Shown here: positions 59,596 to 64,000 of the stretch, in pieces
Numbering within the stretch: the stretch's first letter is position 1
Layout of the letters: each line of letters begins with the position of its first letter
Assembly (NCBI GenBank): GCA_905178155.1
Contig: CAJINV010000002.1
Coordinates: forward strand, 2,291,216 to 2,355,215
Direction of reading: 5' to 3'
DNA: 64,000 nucleotides
DNA from: Amoebophrya sp. A120
Taxonomy: Eukaryota; Protista; Dinoflagellata
Translations under genes and position numbers: made by a program
Notes under the pieces: generated by a model
The model's input: the letters and a program-made list of their open reading frames with translations, nothing else
Database searches by the model: none
Told to the model about the DNA's origin: nothing

Positions 59596-60773
59596 CTTGG
59601 TTGCTGTCGGTTTCTGATGCTAAACAAGTGAGAGTACAACTCCTGTAGATGAAGGAAGTGAAGTTCTATCTTCAACGGAAAAGTTTACTAGTCGTCGTCT
59701 CGTGGATGAAAGGTGAAAATGAAATTGAGTGTCGCTATTCTAGAGTAAATTCGTAGGTGATTTCAGTGACACAAAAATTCCATGCGGTGAAACATTTTTT
59801 GGTACAGCCTGATGTTACAAGTAATACAGAAGTCGTGCAAAGGTAACGGACAATAAGTGCTTGTTCAGATTGATAGAATAGTTGTGATCTCGTGCTGGTG
59901 CTAGCTTGCGCAGCTGAGGCAGGGCAGAAAGTACTATGTGTTAGTTATCGTTGTTGGGATCTTCTTGCAGTTGCGCAATAGAAGAAAACTATCTGCAAAT
60001 TAGGTTGATCTTCAGTGCATCATCTGTAAATTGAAATCTAACGCGAGCTGGAGATGAAAGGAACACCACGAGTCATCCATGCGCTCCTCTGACAGCTTTG
60101 AAAGAGAAAAAATCGCATCGATGAGCGGGAGCGCCGCGATGCGGAGAGCGATGGTCGGAGCTAGTGGATGTTGGCCAGGTGTACTTTATCGTTCAAGATG
60201 AAGTTTGAGTTTCTGGTGTTTTCCACTTGAACTCCTTTTTCTTCTCAACAAGTATACGAAGTTCATTTGCGATTCTGACATGATAACAGCGTCGTCGTAT
60301 GTTGTACAGTTGCAGTTTCTAATGTGTTGCGCTACAACAGGCTCGATGCACTATGTCATTTTTTTCTTTGAAACGAGCATCACGCTTTTTGCTCTGTATT
60401 CCTTGAGAAACTATCTGCGTCCTCCGCCGAGATGAAGGGCCATCTTACTTTGTATTGAAATTCTTGGTTGTAAAAAAGCTAAAATTCAAAACTGAGTACG
60501 CAATTCGTAAAAATATTGACTGTGCTAGGTTATAGAAGTTGCAATTGTTTTCTACTGCTCTAGGTTTGTGATTTTTGATCTCTACCTGAGACTTGCACGT
60601 TGTCTACTTCGCTAGATTTGAAAACGAGAACTACTGTAAAACCGCTCTGCTGAAAGTAGAGAGGTGTCCTGGTTTCCGTGTTCTTTGTCTTCTTCTGAAA
60701 TGTTGAAGTGAAAAAACTGAGCATCTGACCCGCTACGATTTCTTTTAGTCAATTTATTTTCACCCCAGCACTA

Positions 60774-63700
60774 CTACGCCCCACCGTTCTCGTTCCTCGC
60801 GGCGATCGCAGTCGCCTTTTTCATTTGCAGCATCAAGAACGCTTTCGCTTTCTCTTCGCTTGTATGAACTGCAAATGTATCGTACTCGTGTAAATGCATT
60901 ACAAATTTTCTCAGCATGAGAAATGAAATTTGTAATGCTGATTTGCCTTGACAAAGAAATTTGTAATGCAAGACCTGCATTTATACGAGTACGATACTTT
61001 TGCACAGCATAGCTTGTCTTCTCCTGCGCGAAAAACTTCTCTTGTAACTTTTTCGGCAGAGACTTCCAGGCGCCGGCCTTCTTGTGCGGGTTCGGGGCTT
61101 TCAATATTCTACTACTTTTACTAGTGGCCTTTGACGACGCGCTCTCCGGTTTCTTTACTTTTTGTTCCCCCGTGCTTTTCTCCTCGTTGTTCTTAGCAGT
61201 TTTTGTAACTAGTACTCCCGTTTTTTTCTGCAGCGCCGACCTCATTTCTTGCACTGCATCAGCCCGCGACGCGGTTTTTTCCAGGTGGCTGTGCACCGCT
61301 TCGCCGCAGATGTCGACACAAGTTTCATTTTCGCAGTACTTTTTGCATGGCGTCTTCTCGACGCTGGTCGACGTACTGCTATCCGGACTCGCAGTTACTA
61401 CCCCTTCTTCTGCGGTGGTTTTTGCTGCGCTATTGGTGGAGGTTTCTGATGCTGCACTACCGGTAGTTCCGCAGAGGTTCACGCAGTTGTCGCCCTCGCA
61501 ATACTTTTTGCATCCGGTGTTCCTCGTGGTCTCTGCACCCGCCTGGTTATTTGCAGCCTTGGCTGTTTCAACCTTGCTCTTGTCTACTAGTTTTGATGTC
61601 ATTTTCTCCGCGTATGCTGCTGTGTTCGCAACCAGCTCCTTCTTCTTCTCATCCATGGCTGCCGTGTCATCCTCGCTGTTCTTGGCTAGCAAATCCTTCT
61701 TTTTCCTTTGTTCCAGAGCGGTTTCGGAACTGTGTAGCTGGTGTGTGTCTTCAGCACATAAGTGTACGCAGTTGTCCCCCTCGCAGTACAGTTTGCAACC
61801 GGCTTTGGAATTTACCTTCTTCTTCCTCTCTTCCAGCGCTGCCGGGGAATCAACCGCTGCAGGAGTTTCGTCTTTTTCTACATGCGCTTCCTGCTTCGTA
61901 GAGGTTGTAGCGGGAACACGAGCAGCGGGTGTAGTTGCTGCTGCCTCAGCATCGTGACAGAGGTGCACACAATTGTCACCGTCGCAGTACATCTTGCAGC
62001 CTGCTTTTTTGTGTAATGTCGCACTTGGACTTGTTTCCGCGGCTTCTGGTTTTGTTGATGGTGCTACATCACTGACAGTAGGTTCCTTATCTTCACTGGT
62101 ATTGTCAACAGTCATCTTCTTCTTCTGTTCCAACGCTGGAGTTGCATCTACCACTGCTTCTTCCGGCGATTCTTCTTCTTCTTTTTCCCCATCACAAATG
62201 TTCACGTGTACACAGTTGTCTCCTTCACAGTACAACTTCCGAGGACACGGGCTTGCTTTTTCGAAAGAATCATGCTCCTGCGCAACTGATTTCTTCTTTC
62301 TCTCCTCGAGCGCCGGCGTGCCAGTTGATTTTGGTCTTGGTTTCGCCGCAGATGAAGTGCTACTTTCTCCACGACCTGCCGGAACAAGCAGGTGCACGCA
62401 GTTGTCGCCCTCACAGTAGAGCTTGCCACCCTGGGAAGAGGATGAAGAAGCGTAGTCCGCGGACGCAGCAGCGACATCGATTTCAACGGGGGCCGATGTC
62501 TTGGAGCTGCTAGTACTCGTAGTAGAATCGAGATCGACAGATTTCTTCTTTTTTTCTTCCAACGCCGCTGGCGCAGCTGCGGAGGAGGAGTCAACATCTT
62601 CACTAGCAGCAGGAGTTGGTTTCCCAAGCTGCACACAGTTATCGCCTTCGCAGTAAAGTTTCGTAGCTCCTTCGTCGGACGAAGAGGACGATGATGACGT
62701 CGCAGTAACTTCGCTATCCACCGATGATTTGCTGCTGACTTCATCTTCCGTCTCTGCCCCCTTCAATCCGGCCGGGACGGAGACCCACCCGCCTTTGCTT
62801 TCCTTCCTCTTTTCCAGCGCTGCTGGCGCTGCATTTTTCGGTTCTTCACCAGTTGTGTCTTCACTTGATGGTGGTCGAATGTGCACACAGCTGTCACCCT
62901 CGCAATAGAGTTTTGTAACTTGTTCGTGAGAGGAACTACTATCAGGTGCTGTGCTAACACCATCGGATGATGTGGCGTCCCCGTCCTCTTCAGAAGCTAA
63001 TTTTTCAGGCACGCTGGTCCATGATGTACTTGTGCTGGTGGTCTTTTTCTTCTCTTCTAATGCTGCAGGCGGCGCTGTGTCGGTTGGCAACTGGATGTGC
63101 ACACAATTGTCACCCTCGCAGTACAGACGCTCTTTCGACGGTTGTGCAGGAGCTTGTTCTGCGGCATCGTCGCTTGCTGTCGTTGCATCGGTATGCTCTG
63201 GCGCAGTTTTCTTCTTTCTCTCTTCCAGTTCTGTTTCTGCTCCTGCTGAAGCTGAAGAAGGAAGATCTTGATCTACTACTTCCTCAGCCGGTGCTTCTTT
63301 TTCATTGCTACCGTTTTTACTCACCCTCACACAATTGTCACCCTCACAGTAAAGGCCTGAAGTACCACTTGTAAAAGAAGTTCTTGCCACCGTAGAAGTT
63401 GTCGCGGAGCTGCTGCTGCTGGCAGCATCGGTTTTTTTACCTTTTGAGGAAGCTGCCGGCGCACTGGCTTTTGTTTTATCGCTGGTTGAAGTAGATGATG
63501 TGCTTGTGCAAGAAAGGTTCACACAATTATCCCCCTCGCAGTATTTGCAGGACGTCTTTTCCTTTAAAGCTGAAGCGGAAGTAGCGCTACTACTTTTCGC
63601 ATTGAAAACCGTAGTTTTTGGTGCAGTAGAAGAAGATGCAACCGCGGCGCTTTTCTTCTCTTTTCCTTCCTGCTTCATCTCCTTCGCTAGATTCTTGGGC

Positions 63701-64000
63701 AACGAAACCCAGCCAGACGGACTGGTGTTTTTGCTCGCGATGCTTTTCTTGTCTTTCAACACTGATGTTTTTGCTTCCGACGCAGTAGAGGATGTAGCTG
63801 TGGTCTTCTTTTTCTCTACTTCCACCTTCCTCTGTTGATGGTGAAGCTGCTCGTCCTCCTTCCGCACGAGTCTCTTCGCCGACACCGCGGAAAAGTGATC
63901 GTTTTCTTCGTTGTCTACTTTATTCTTCGCCCCCTTCAACATTTCCGGTTTATTCGAAGATGAAAGTTCCGCTTTGAGTTCTTGCTTCAAGTCCTCTGTT
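60774..64000 (-). CDS. Repeat protein with 11 YCEGDNCV-type motifs; 5' end outside the window
   Basis: Frame open to the window edge. Removing the 154-nt introner intron shifts to the true C-terminus EKTSEEKAKAFLMLQMKK...NGGA* (stop at 60774, not 60760). Confidence 0.88.
60863..61011. mobile_element. Introner, family B
   Basis: Family B TIRs; perfect TSD GCTTG. Confidence 0.95.

Noticed and set aside
2274-61011. CRISPR-like or REP-like interpretation of the ~30-bp repeats
   Set aside because: The repeats are inverted pairs bounding 150-320-nt elements inside eukaryotic exons, with no regular spacers and no cas genes.
60760-61011. ORF-track C-terminus YAVQKYRTR...WGVVVLG of the repeat protein
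   Set aside because: It is read-through of a 154-nt introner; the spliced frame stops at 60774.

Overview
Gene-dense eukaryotic DNA, most likely from an alveolate parasite. The intron architecture matches what is described for the syndinian dinoflagellate Amoebophrya (inference, no database search). All 13 reconstructed genes lie on the minus strand: two large secreted-type proteins, an S4/RluB-like protein lacking the catalytic Asp, CK2 beta, dPGM (gpmA), a PX-domain protein, a CSN3-like protein, Tim10, a large HAD-domain protein, proteasome alpha-1, a (Y)CEGDNC repeat protein and three hypotheticals. About 30 MITE-like introner elements interrupt the coding sequence. They fall into at least 6 terminal-inverted-repeat (TIR) families, have TAT...ATA ends and 5-bp target duplications (TSDs), and are mostly non-GT-AG. 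Removing each element plus 5 nt restores the reading frame in every gene. From the sequence alone one can infer a fixed splice register (intron starts 1 nt before TAT and ends 4 nt after ATA), orientation-independent splicing and a decay series into GT-AG introns. A tandem duplication (53.7-58.4 kb) provides empty-site alleles and has a chimeric introner with a captured exon piece at its breakpoint. Five unexplained very GC-rich intergenic islands and a 364-nt insertion nested in one introner also stand out. No transposase, rRNA, tRNA or CRISPR array was found.
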